64,000 nucleotides of DNA. It comes from Argopecten irradians. Its lineage: Eukaryota. Under the pieces are notes generated by a model. It had not been told where the DNA came from, did no database searches, and saw nothing but the letters and a program-made list of their open reading frames with translations. Numbering within the stretch: the stretch's first letter is position 1; every line of letters begins with the position of its first letter. This document shows, one piece after another, positions 50,304-61,800 of this stretch. The DNA lies in NCBI RefSeq assembly GCF_041381155.1, contig NC_091144.1, positions 38,796,437 through 38,860,436 of the forward strand, in the 5' to 3' direction. The position numbers and the translations under genes are program-made.

Positions 50304-50605
50304 CATCCTCAATACTCCAGGGGTTCCGATCACTAACGATCTCTACACCCCTGGACTGTTCAATATAAAACTGGAGGCAGTAGAACAGGTAATTAAGTCC
50401 TTTGGTGTACATCAAAAGAGCCATATAACAGTACACTGTGTGGCTTTGAAGTTAGGAGCCGCTCTTTCTGTAGTGTCTTCAAAGATAGTTATTACAGGCC
50501 TGTGATCGTTTCAGATTTGTCCCCCGAGTTGCCTTCAATTTTACTATGAGATTGTCCAGGGGTGTAGAGATCATTGTGATCGGAACCCCTGGAGTATCGA
50601 GGATG
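50304..50605. mobile_element. MITE family C copy (302 bp) with an 8-9-bp TSD AAAACAGG(T/C)
   Basis: The left flank is taaaacaggt|CATCCTCAATACTCCAGGGGTTCCGATCACTAACGATCTCTACACCCCTGGACT and the right flank is ...AGTCCAGGGGTGTAGAGATCATTGTGATCGGAACCCCTGGAGTATCGAGGATG|aaaacaggct. Confidence 0.9.
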
Positions 50606-53227
50606 AAAACAGGCTAAAATATGTATAAATATATGACTTTGATCAATTACGTGAGGTATTTAATTTCGCGTATTTGGGTGGATCCAAATATGGCAGAGGC
50701 CATCGTCCTTCTTTTCACCAAAATATTTTCATTTATTAATATAAAATAAATACAAACAAAATTTAGAAAAGTTGTGTTTTATTGTGCATTAGGGTCGCTT
50801 TCACATGACTGGAGATCATTTATTCAAGTTTACACCAAGAAAAATATACTGACACTTATAAAAAATAATCTAGCAAAAGATTATGACTATAAGCAATATA
50901 AAGTATTAGGTTGTGTATCATAGCTAAACCAAAATAATTTGATATTCAAACAAATATATCATATATATTTATTTATTCCCAAAGTTCATGAATCATTCAT
51001 AAGTCTAAGGCAGTTTAAAATTTTTACTTAGCCAATCAGAGAAGACGTTACAAAGTGTTATGCTATTTTTTATTGGTTATGCTAAGACTGAAGTCTATGA
51101 ATATGTTATGAGCATAGTCATTGTCATTATACATATATGTCATTATAATTTTAATTTTCATGGTTTTCGACTTGAACAGAAGATAGTAGGATCTGACATA
51201 TTGCATCGCCTACGTCTTGTAATGTTAATATCAGTGAAAAATAACACAATAATATGCGTGCACAGTAGAGTTAGTTGACATTGTTTCATAAAATCAAATG
51301 TGTGTATATGTAATTGCAAATAAATAATGACACCAATGGCTGATTCCGTATGGCGAAATTCTAACAGAAAGTAAAGTCTGTAGAATTTATCATCATATCT
51401 ACGTCCATACCGTGCGTGCACGTAGTTTTTTTTTATTCTTACAATTAAAAAGTTTATATGTGGATATATTACGATAGTGATAGAAACCCCTAGAGATAGA
51501 GTATGGTATTTTTACAAAAATACACCTACGTCAACATTTAAATACGACAGGGTGATAATATAAGCACATGATAAAATTAGTACCTTTTATGACTCGATTT
51601 GAAAAACAACCAAATAATTGTTTTGCATATTTGAAGGCATGGTAGTAACTAACAAGAAATTGTGTATTGTTTTCATCTAAACAATGATTATCATTAAGTA
51701 GTAATTATGCACAAAAACAGTATCAAAATTGATGTACATGTATATGTATAATTATAACATAAGTAAAGAATTGAAAGAACACAGGATATCTATTTTGCAT
51801 GAAAATATATAAGAACAGAAAATATATTCATAGAAAATAAACGAATTTCTGAACAACATTTTTGACAATGGTTGATTGTAATGTAAACGAATATGAACTA
51901 GCTGTTTCATATGCATAAATGATGAATAATAAAAACACATTTATGAATGAGCAATCAATTTCAGATCCATTATTTAGAAAATAAAATAAAGATACATAAA
52001 TAAATACAATCATAAAGAGAAACGTTGACCTAGTAAAAATAACATTACTTGCAAAATATTTTTTTAGGTCAAAAAAAACACTTTGGTTTTACGACACATT
52101 GTACGGACAAAGTTGCATGCCAACAAAAATCATGCAAATAGTATTCACGAATTATGGGCGCGCTTGTTTATAACTTTTGTATAAAGTCGAATTTGCGTGC
52201 GAGTAATTTTTGCGTCTTCACGGGAGAGATGAAATCGCCGCGAAATTGTTTCAAACAGAAGAAAAATAGAATCATAAATCTAGATCGCGAAATTAAATCG
52301 ACATGAATAAGTTTTTTTGGTAGATAAACCGCGAAATCATGTCGCTGCAAAAATTGCTGGATTGCAGTATACATAGGTCAAAGTGTGTTTAATTTGTCAT
52401 TTTGGACCACAGATGGTCTTAACACAGATGTGGTCTTTTAGGCAGCTTTGAACAAATAGGTACGTGAAAATATTTACCCAACAACACTATCTAGTGTACA
52501 TTGTATTTCTACGGTTTTCTCTGCACTTCTCCGAATATCAATTTTGGAAAATGCCCACAACTCACAATGTTTTGAAAAGATTGCTTTGTTTTTGTATCTC
52601 TGACAACTATTTCTGAATTCTGTTCAAAATTGTGGTAAAAACCATTTTGAAGTCTCCGAGCACCTTACACACAAAAACTGATTGTCTGCCTTGCTTTGTA
52701 AAAACGTTTACAATGGATTAGGGATAAGAGACAAAACGACGTATTTTATAACAACGCTTCTCGTGATTTAGATCGCAAAGTCGACATCACCGTGAATAGG
52801 AACATCTAATGTCCAAATGTAGTATTTGTGTTGTTTCTTTATAAAAAATAAATAAATACAACAACAACAAAAGAAAAAAAACACTTATCTTAACGCAAAT
52901 ATCAAACACATTATTTTTTTCAGTTTGTTGAAAATGATTGAATAAAACTCAATTATTTATATTTGGCTTCGGTTAACATTCGAAACTACCAGGTTGAAAA
53001 AATCTCGCCTTTACCTTCCTTGAAGTCCATAATTATATAACTGTAGACTATTTTGCAACGACTATTGCAATGTTAATCGGTCGTCTCAAAACAATACATA
53101 TTACATTATGCTGTTGTAGATATACCGAATGTCTTACATTTCTACAAAATATAAGTTAAGACTCAAAAAAGGACAATCTAGCTGAGAATCAAAAAAAAAA
53201 TATTAATAGTGGTTTTATACAAGTTAA

Positions 53228-54274
53228 TCATTCCTCCTTCTTCATGGCCACGTGACCATTGCTATGTCCGTTCATATGTCGGTCATTTTTCAGGTAGCCT
53301 ACACTTCTCGCCTGTGGCCCTGACCTTTTGTCGAAGATAAAGTCCCAAACGACCTTGACCCATGACGTATGGTAGGGGTAATCGTAATATTCGGGTGCGA
53401 TCTTTTTCAGTTCCGGAAGTTTGTGATAGGGGATATAAGGAAAGTCATGGTGCTCTATATGGTATCCAACATTGAACAATACGAAGTTCAGTGGACCGTA
53501 ATAAGATGTCGTTCCCTGGGTCTCGTTATTGTTGAAAAGGTAATGCTCCGAGATAAAATGTCCGGCAAGAGGATGAAAGCCAAGCGCCATCAGGGTTCCC
53601 AATAGAAGATACACAAGAGATTTGACCCCAAAAGTCGCCACGATGATGGCGTTGAAGGTCATCTGCACCGCGGTGTTAATGATTTCCCAGCCAGTGATTG
53701 GCTTAGGGCTCTTGTAGAATGGACGGATAGCGTGAATGATTGGATGAACCATAAGCCATATAATCTTTGTAATTGGATGCCGGAATAAATAACTTTCAAG
53801 CCGAGTAGGTATGTCTACGTCTTTGTTTTCTTCGCCGAGGTATCTATGATGGTCCGCGTGGTACTTCCGGTAGCTGATCGCCATTGGAGCTACTATAGGA
53901 AGATTACACCATAAACTCAAAGCTCTGTTTAATTTAGGGTGGCTATGTCCAAAAGCTAAATTATGTCCTATTTCGTGTATGGCGCTCCCTAGGGAGTGGT
54001 TAAGAACACCGCCAAAACAGTAGGCGAGGATCGCAATCGTTGTCCATGACGCGTCTTGGACCATCCATGCGGCAAAGATCTGCACAAACACTTCCGCTGT
54101 GACGATGTAAGCAATTTTAGGGTCATAACCCATCAGTTTCTTTATTTGGGGATATTTCTTCAGGATTTCTTGCCTCCGAGGAGAGTGTGGTTCCTCTTTG
54201 TAAATCCATTCTTCTTCGTCTGTTGTCATGCGCAGTCCTAGACTTCCGAACTTTGTCAGCCACTTTAACGCCAT
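53228..54274 (-). CDS. DEGS1: Sphingolipid delta(4)-desaturase / dihydroceramide desaturase (DEGS1/DES1, ifc family), 348 aa, single exon
   Basis: The translation carries the three His boxes HEIGHNLAFGH, HADHHRYLG and HIEHHDFPYIPYHKLPELKKIAPEYYD. Also present are KYPQIKKLMGYDP, NLPIVAPMAISYRKYH, NKDVDIPT, KPITGWEIINT, GKSLVYLL, HPLAGHFISEHY and SYYGPLNFVLFNVGYH. These are collinear with animal DEGS1. The start acaaaATGGcg has a good Kozak context. Confidence 0.9.
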   Translation of the reverse strand: MALKWLTKFGSLGLRMTTDEEEWIYKEEPHSPRRQEILKKYPQIKKLMGYDPKIAYIVTAEVFVQIFAAWMVQDASWTTIAILAYCFGGVLNHSLGSAIHEIGHNLAFGHSHPKLNRALSLWCNLPIVAPMAISYRKYHADHHRYLGEENKDVDIPTRLESYLFRHPITKIIWLMVHPIIHAIRPFYKSPKPITGWEIINTAVQMTFNAIIVATFGVKSLVYLLLGTLMALGFHPLAGHFISEHYLFNNNETQGTTSYYGPLNFVLFNVGYHIEHHDFPYIPYHKLPELKKIAPEYYDYPYHTSWVKVVWDFIFDKRSGPQARSVGYLKNDRHMNGHSNGHVAMKKEE

Positions 54275-54435
54275 TTTGTGTCTACAAAAAAAGTAAGCAC
54301 AACATTGGGATTAATACATTATGGGATATAACGTCTGATCCAATATGACATTCAAACTTTTCTAAAAATTCTCAGTCTAATTTAAATACACACCCTTGCA
54401 CTTACTCCGTTTCAAAGAGGATCTGAAAAATCCTA

Positions 54436-54480
54436 TTAGGGGTCACGTTCCGATGACCTTTCGAACTGACCAATCATATA
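54436..54480 (-). promoter_or_regulatory. Candidate proximal promoter motifs for the desaturase gene: the palindrome GGGTCAcgttccgaTGACCT (an inverted AGGTCA-like pair with an 8-bp spacer) and a CCAAT box (gaccaatca)
   Basis: The motifs sit 165-205 bp upstream of the ATG on the gene's own strand. This is motif-level evidence only. Confidence 0.2.
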
Positions 54481-55454
54481 ACTACCTCGAAATGTCATAG
54501 ATTGGTCTATTTCTTAAATATTCAGGTAGGTGTTACCTTTGGAGTGTTTCACACTTCGTGCATGAAGGGATGGACCCTTATTAGCTGCAAAAACAGAAAG
54601 AGTGTGTGTATGCATTTCAAATATCTTCGATCGGATTAAAACCATTTTGCATAGCTAATTGCTATATTCATTGGATTGTTTAATTGACTTTTAACTTTAC
54701 TATGCCGCCATGTCACCCAATGCAATTTAACACTTCAAACCGATACTTACTCGGTTTTTCGGTTTAATTATTTCAATGTCCTAGTAACAGCCAGATTTAT
54801 TCAAAGACTTGCCAACTTTATATGATGGAGGAAAGCCAGAGTACCAGGAGAAAAAAACACCGATCTACGGTCAGTACATGGCAATTTCTCCCACAGCGAA
54901 TTCAAACCCGCAATCCTGAGATGGAGGTCTTGAGGTAATATATCGCTAAATTTCGTGGTAAATTTCCGGAAATCTTCGGAAATATGTTTCCGAAGATTAC
55001 CGAAATTTTCTCCGAGGTGATTAGATTGATGTCGGGCAATCTAAACCACTCGGTCAACGCGGCCCAAGCTCGCAAGAGAGGTAATTATGTAATATCCAAA
55101 AATGGAATAACAACGTGTTTTTGTGAAATAAAAAAAACTTGTGTTTGGATGTTTTTGTTTTGTAACAAGATGACTTAATTACGTATTGACGCTTGAGGTT
55201 AATTAGCGGTCCAGCTGTTGTCGCGTGTCCATAGTTATCAGTGCAAAACACGAAAGCGAAATCAATACAAAACATTGAGAAACGTGCAGCTTAAAACAGC
55301 TATCCTATTAGCATAATGGACTACATCCTCGTATCTTTCTTGTATTGATAGATATGTATATATATGTGTAACGTGTGTATGTTAGAATGTTTCTTTCTTT
55401 ATTTATGTATTGTTTTCTGTAAACTCTTCAATATTGGAGGAAATAAAGGAAATA

Positions 55455-55707
55455 ATAATAGTTAAACTGAAGGCAACTCAGGGGAACAAATCTAAACCAA
55501 TCACAGGCCTGCATTTTTTTCTTTGAAAACTACAGAGAGAGCGATGCCCTCCTTCAAAGCCACTCACACAGTGTACCGTTATACGACTCTTTTGATGTAC
55601 ATCAAAGGATTAAATTACCTGTTCTGTTCTGTTGCCTTAGTTTTACTATGAGATAGTCCAGGGTTGTAAAGATTGTATGTGATCGGAACTCCTGGAGTAT
55701 CGAGGAT
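55455..55707. mobile_element. MITE family C copy, 5'-truncated (core plus right TIR)
   Basis: It runs aaactgaaggcaactcagg...tacagagagagcgatgccctccttcaaagccactcacacagtgtaccgttatacgactcttttgatgtacatcaaagg...gagatagtccagggttgtaaagattgtatgtgatcggaactcctggagtatcgaggat. Confidence 0.75.
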
Positions 55708-55835
55708 AACTGAACTCATAGGTTGCAAGTTCGAATTCCGTGAGGGGCAGTTGCTAGGAGGGTGGTCGGTGGTTTTCCTACTTGTATTCCGACTTTCCTT
55801 CACAAACAAACTATAGGACATAATCATGGATGTCT
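55708..55835 (+). mobile_element. tRNA-derived SINE, 5'-truncated copy, lying right next to MITE C
   Basis: ggttgcaagttcgaattccgtgaggggcagttgctagg...ggtggttttcct...ccgactttccttcacaaacaaact is homologous to 59840-59930 of the full SINE. Confidence 0.6.
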
Positions 55836-56325
55836 AACTAATAGAAACCAAACTATCATTGACCTTACGTATACATGCATTACACGGGAACTTGGCACGA
55901 GGTTCGTGTGATCCAACATACAATTACGGTGATAGAAAAGTTGATTAGGTCATGTACCTATATTCGTTTTACCCCTGTGATATCGAGGGGCATGCGACAA
56001 TTTGCATAGTGAATTGTGTTACTGCTATCAATACATTAACAGGACAATTCTATACCATGAATATTTTTCAGTTCTATTTTTCAAAAACTCAAACCAAACT
56101 GCTAGCGTTATTTCAATAAAAATAAAAAATATATGGCAGGTATTTAATGTTTTAAACAAAACCGCACAGCATATAAGCAGAAACATAATATATATATATA
56201 TATGTATACGCAATACATTTAATATGTGTTTCTGGTAGAAGTCATTGTGTCAACAGGCTTTTGTCTCTATATATACGGACACCACTATATACGTGTAATA
56301 TTGACACAACCAAAACCCTGTGGTG

Positions 56326-56641
56326 CATCCTCGATATGCCAGGGGTTACTATCTCTGACGTTATATTCACCTCTGGACTATCTCATATAGTAAAACTGAA
56401 GGCAGCTCAGGTGAAAAACACTGACCAATCACTGGCCCGGAAAGACTTTGTTTGAAGATCACAGAGAGAGCGACGCCCAACTTCAAAGCCACACTGTCAA
56501 CTACAATATACTGTTATCCAATTCCTTTGATGCACATCAAAGTATCAAATTAACTTTCTTCTTCTGTCTTCGGTTTTGCTATGAGAATAGTCCAGGGATG
56601 GACAAAACGTCAGTGATAGTAACCCCTGGAGTATCGAGGAT
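56326..56641. mobile_element. MITE family C copy (~316 bp)
   Basis: It runs catcctcgatatgccaggggttactatctctgacgttatattcacctctggactatctca ... gagaatagtccagggatggacaaaacgtcagtgatagtaacccctggagtatcgaggat. The shared core tcacagagagagcgacgcccaacttcaaagccacactgtcaactaca is present. Confidence 0.85.
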
Positions 56642-57654
56642 TACACACTACATTGATAGATTTAGTAAAGGTCATAACACTTAGTACGCACATTATACAT
56701 ATTACGCTTGAACAGTGAAGTGAAGAGATACCAATAGAATTAAACATCCAAACCATTGTTTCTCAGAATTTGAGATGATATAGAAATTGTAAAGCAAAAA
56801 CGGACGCTTTTTTGAAAGTCAAATGTGTTGTATATATACATGTACATACATTAAATGATAGCTAGAAAAAAAAATCACGTTCGTTAATGTTAATTTTAAT
56901 GAACACGAATGTTATGATTTACATGGTTTTAAAAAATACTTTAAAATGTCCTTCACTTTTCAGTCTAATGTTCATTTACAAAAAAAATATATATGTATAT
57001 ATATATATGTAATGATTTTCCGGCGCGCACACATATTTGTTTTGTCGAGTATAGCGATTACGTACCCTTTTACTAAACAAGCGTGTGGCCTTAGAACTAC
57101 ATTTGATATGTGAACACGCAGGGCGCCGTACGATGTATATTTCGCAATCGTTGCATGGTACATATCAAAAACAAATAAGGTGTGTCAGAAGCATTGAAAT
57201 CCTACACAAAATACGTTACATTGAAGTTCGTAAAATATTCAAAATATTTTCAACATGATATACACAACGATATCAACAGTAAATGTGATACCTACATCGC
57301 ATTTATGGGTCTATCGAATTCCACCGGTTAAATGTTTGTTAACATCAGTCGTTAAGACTCGATATTGTTCTTATGTAAGTTTCCACCCCTGTCCTACTTC
57401 GTGACTTTTCCACGGTTACGCTCGATTGACCGCGAAAAGGGACTTACATAATTTAAAATTGAACATACCAAGGACGTATCCTTGAACATACATAAATATC
57501 ATCCTACATGTATATATGTGGGTTTTTTTTTTAATCATTAGGACATCTGAAATGTTTAATGAAAATATAACAAGTTCATCTCATTTATCCAATATCCACT
57601 ATATAGAAAAATGATCTCCACACATAAATACGTAAGGCTAATTTCCCGTTGATT

Positions 57655-57835
57655 CTACCACAGGGCGATGTATAGTTTCTATATGAAAAAAAGCCAGAAA
57701 TACATATAAAATAACACAAGGGATTCATCGATCGCTTGCCAGAAATCTGACCTATTTTTTTTGTAACTTGTGTTATTTTATATGTATTTCTGGCCTTTTG
57801 TCATATAGAAGCTATACATGGCCCTGTGATTCTAC
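57655..57835. mobile_element. Foldback MITE of ~180 bp, with ~65-bp inverted arms and a 9-bp TSD GATTCTACC
   Basis: Left: gattctacc|acagggcgatgtatagtttctatatgaaaaaaagccagaaatacatataaaataacacaag. Right: cttgtgttattttatatgtatttctggccttttgtcatatagaagctatacatggccctgt|gattctacc. Confidence 0.75.
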
Positions 57836-58659
57836 CATGTAAAAAACACACGCTAATGATGTCCGACCGATTTTCATATTATTATACATTTAATTACTCA
57901 CCCTTTCAGTTCTCGAACATTCGTGCAAGCTAGAGACCTAAAAATATTTCCCTTTTATCCCGCAGAATGGTCAGAAAATTCGATAAATCACAGAAAACAC
58001 TTACCTCGTTGAAGATATACCCGGCTTGATATTCTATTTACCCTGGATCAGTGCACACACGTACTGTACACGTCTCCACGCTCCACGTGTTTATTTTGGT
58101 TACCTGGCTCAAGTGAAAGGTGAGGCGGGCGTGGACACGCTATACTCGGGTGGACACATATATAACTGGCTAATCTACTGTCCATACAACAGTTTATAAC
58201 TGTCCGATACCTGGCTTTACACTGTACCGTTCGGCCGAGATTGATTTCTGAACAACGTAGTCGCGTTAAGTGGAGATCGCAATTCTCCGCATTTATGGAG
58301 AGAATTCTGTTTTTGTGTGCGCGAAAACGAATGAGTGTTCATCTATTAATTAATCTAGCTGACTGGTCTGTGTGATGGAGTGATATACCATAAATGCATT
58401 TATGAATATGGATTCGGATACAGTACATGTATACACATGGATAGATTATATCGAATGCCATGCCAATAATGCATGTATACGTGCATGCAGATTGTTAAGA
58501 TACATACATGTATATAAAACTGTTCATTAATTTGAATTAAGCTGTCATTAATACTGTGTATTTTGTAGTTGTATATGATTTGAATGATATTTAGTCAATT
58601 TCACAATTTCTTTTTTTTTTCATTTTTTTTTCTTCTCTACTCGCTGCACTGGCGTGCCA

Positions 58660-58736
58660 TTCTCTATACTCCAGGGATTACAATCACTGACGTTATATCC
58701 ATGGCAGTGATAGTAACCCTTGGAATATCGAGGATG
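58660..58736. mobile_element. Internally deleted MITE family C copy (TIRs only, ~77 bp hairpin)
   Basis: ctctatactccagggattacaatcactgacgttatatccatgg is joined directly to cagtgatagtaacccttggaatatcgaggatg. Confidence 0.65.
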
Positions 58737-59149
58737 CTGCCAGGCGGTGTCCGCTTCGTAATTAAAGGTGTGTCCATTGCTAGTTTGTAACTCGGGTGGA
58801 ACACATTCCAATAAGATTGACCTTAGTTCGATGGGCTTCCTCATGATACTCAGGTATGAAGTACTGACCGTAGTTTCTGCGGATACTCCGAGTTCAGGTA
58901 CTAACAGCAGGTCGATAGTCTTTCTCCGGATACTCCGGTTCCACGTACTGACCGTAAGGGCTTCTCCTAAGTCTGGCAAGTCTATCAACATATTAAACCC
59001 AAGTCCTTTATTACGACCACAACTCACAGGTTGAGCTCACCTTTGTAATTCATAGATGGTGATGTTATTTCGCAATTATTTGTTTGGTTTTGTTGTTCAG
59101 GTAAGTTCCACAGGCTTGGATACAGTTCGAGGTCACCATCTGAGTATTT

Positions 59150-59350
59150 TATACACACTGTGATATGACCCTGTGACCACAGGAGTTTGACGTTCTGTCA
59201 ATAATATATAGTAAAAATATATAAAAAAAATACCCCTATTAACTATATAAAAACATATATATACATGTTTTTATGAAGTATATAGGGGTATTTTTATATA
59301 TATATTTTTACTATTATTATTGACAGAACGTCAAACTCCTGTGCTGTGAC
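59150..59350. mobile_element. AT-rich foldback element of ~200 bp, with ~70-bp near-perfect inverted arms and a 7-bp TSD CTGTGAC
   Basis: Left: ctgtgac|cacaggagtttgacgttctgtcaataatatatagtaaaaatatataaaaaaaatacccctat. Right: ataggggtatttttatatatatatttttactattattattgacagaacgtcaaactcctgtg|ctgtgac. Confidence 0.7.
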
Positions 59351-59762
59351 AAAATTGTTGAGACCACTGTTTGGCTAACAGCTGATCTCTAAACAATTTT
59401 ACTGTCAGGACGATGTCATTCCTAACTGTTGATATTGGATTCAGGAATAGCATTCACACTAAAACATATATATTGCATAACTAGCGATAAACAATGACAT
59501 AATCTATTGTTTGGGTGCCACTGTGTTGCGGTTATAATCGATAGGACAAAACGATTGTCTTGTGTAATCCTCATTCAGGCATATACACATATTGTTCCGT
59601 TAAAAAATTGTTCAAAACAGGACGTGTCAGCGAGGCTGGATGGTTATGCTAAGAAGATATGGCAGTGTGCAATAAACTGTTAGGCATATCAATTCATGAC
59701 GTATATTCATATTTATATGCTATATCGTTCATATAAGGTGTACATTTTTTTATTGTCCGGGA

Positions 59763-59984
59763 GGGGCCGCGGTGGCCGAGAGGTTAAGATGTCACGACAT
59801 ATTACCACAAGCCCTCCACCTCTGGGATGCAGGTTCGAATCCCATGTGGGGCAGTTGCCAGGTACTGACCGCTGACCGGTGGTTTTTCTCCGGGAACTCC
59901 GGCTTTCCTCCACCAACAAACCTGGCACGTCCTTACATGACCCTGGCTGTTAATAGGATGTAAAACTAAACAAAACAAAACAAT
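59763..59984 (+). mobile_element. tRNA-derived SINE (~220 bp) with an A-rich tail and a 13-bp TSD TTATTGTC(C/T)GGGA
   Basis: The head ggggccgcggtggccgagaggttaag (box-A-like) ... gggatgcaggttcgaatccca (box B, GGTTCGAATCC) is tRNA-like. The body is ggcagttgccaggtactgaccg... and the tail is aaaactaaacaaaacaaaacaa. The flanking direct repeats are ttattgtccggga at 59750-59762 and ttattgtctggga at 59985-59997. Confidence 0.8.
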
Positions 59985-60417
59985 TATTGTCTGGGAATTT
60001 GACCCTGGACTTGGGTCGTGTTGAAAGGAGACCAAATTAGAAATGGATTAGGAATGCTAATTATAATATACTCATTAGGTTAATTCAACTGTACGCTCAC
60101 GACAATATACAATAAGCTACAACACCAAGAAACTTTTACGGAGCTTTGAATGATCTACATACACTCCTATGTTAACTTTTATAAGCCTTCAACTATATCG
60201 AAGCCTTCAACTATATCGAAGCGGTGATTTACAATCGTGTTTCACTTGACCGACACTTATACACCTGCTACGCGGCCATGAATGAAATGTGTTAAAAGTC
60301 TTTTTCATATGTGAAGATATGAAGATCAACAGTATTTTATATTAACCTACAACACGGCTTTTGATCCTCCAGATCGTGTGAACCCAATTAATCATATGCA
60401 TACAAAGACCTCTCAAA

Positions 60418-60466
60418 AAAAAAAGAAAGAAAAAAAAGAAAAGAAAAAAAAAAGAAAGAAAAAACA
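60418..60466. repeat. (GAAA)n / A-rich microsatellite
   Basis: Read directly. Confidence 0.85.
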
Positions 60467-60470
60467 TTAA

Positions 60471-60818
60471 AGTGAATAGTCGGGCAAAGAAAACCAGTCT
60501 AAATGCGTTCATTGGCCTTCCAAAAGTTCTCACATATTAATACGACGGCCAAGTTCTGCTTACGTTTCCCAGTTCTGACCATTGAAATAAAGAAAAGTTG
60601 AAAGCATTGAAAGCGAGGCTGCGTGGAAATGTAACCACGGACATAGTCAGCCGGGAGGACGTTTTAGGATTCCTATACTTTAAATTAATTTCTACTTACG
60701 CATACAGATTTTGGCGAGAAAGTTTATTTTTCTATTCCGTAAGAAATTATACTGGATACATTCACACCATTTTTACCGACTTTAGTCATCCTTGTCCGAC
60801 TGTTCACTTTAAAAAAGA
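60471..60818 (-). mobile_element. MITE family B copy 3 (reverse orientation), TTAA on both flanks
   Basis: It runs TTAA|agtgaatagtcgggcaaag...cttgtccgactgttcact|TTAA at 60467-60470 and 60819-60822. It is collinear with the reverse complement of 5090-5418. Confidence 0.85.
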
Positions 60819-61487
60819 CTTTATCATAATGGACTTTGCCAAACTCTCACACACAAGATTACATCACAAACTAAAATACTACAGGATCACAGGGATGAAA
60901 ACTTCACAACAAAATAAATGATACACCTTTTTATCCTATTTTATCTTATAGCTGCACAAAAATTAACACACAAAAAATCCTTCACTTTCAGTCACTGTAT
61001 AGAATACTCACACGCCACCGCGCCAACCCCACAGACCACAAAATGGCAACATTGACGGCCTGGTCTTCAATGAAGAAGAACAAGAATAGGGATACCCGAA
61101 GGTCACGAAATGTAGTAAAAGCCGAGGCTTCCCGGGAGATTACACCACTGCGCTCCCCCAAACGACCTCAAATCGTCACTATTGGCGTCCTTGATGATCT
61201 CAAAGGAAGAATGAAGACGATCTCGAGTGTAGAATAATCCCTCCCTATCCATCATAAACACATATGGAATATTTTTCTCTCATACACCAAAGTCATTATT
61301 TCAGGTATTCCGCCATTTTGATTTTTCCGGTAAGATCGATTCTCCAAAAATAAAATTGCTCAACAATTTTAATGTAAATCCTATGGTTATTATCATAATT
61401 GTTGATATCCACATTTGAACTATGTCATAGAAGAAAAAAAAAACCTGAAGGTAACAGAAGATACATGTAATTTGATCAGTTGGGCTT

Positions 61488-61640
61488 CGCACTTATCACT
61501 CTCTCTGTAATCTTCAAAAGACGTTAATGCAGGCCTGTGATTGGTGAGTATTTTTCTCCAGAACTACCTCCAGTTTTACTTTGAGATAGTCCAGGGGTGG
61601 ATATAATATCAGTGATAGTAACCCCGATAATGCATCGCTT
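61488..61640. mobile_element. MITE family C fragment (core plus one TIR, reverse orientation)
   Basis: It reads cacttatcactctctctgtaatcttcaaaagacgttaatgcaggcctgtgattggtgag...gagatagtccaggggtggatataatatcagtgatagtaaccccg. Confidence 0.6.
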
Positions 61641-61679
61641 GCGTCTTTATGGAAGCCTATACGTGTTATGTAGTATTTG

Positions 61680-61800
61680 TTCTATCTCGTTATAATTCGA
61701 TAATACCTTGTTATTACGGAATAAGTTATCTCGTTATAACGAGTACATACTATCTCGATCTCGTTAAAAATAGTAACTATCTCGTTATAAGAATATACGA
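61680..61800. repeat. Short tandem repeat with a ~28-30-bp unit, ~4 copies (taactatctcgttataa...)
   Basis: Read directly. Confidence 0.6.

Noticed and set aside
53369-54241. Plus-strand ORFs (78 and 61 aa) inside the desaturase locus
   Set aside because: They are antisense shadows of the well-supported minus-strand DEGS CDS.
59772-60035. 63-77-aa ORFs on both strands at 59713-60035
   Set aside because: They lie within the tRNA-derived SINE body and its flank. They are repeat-derived.
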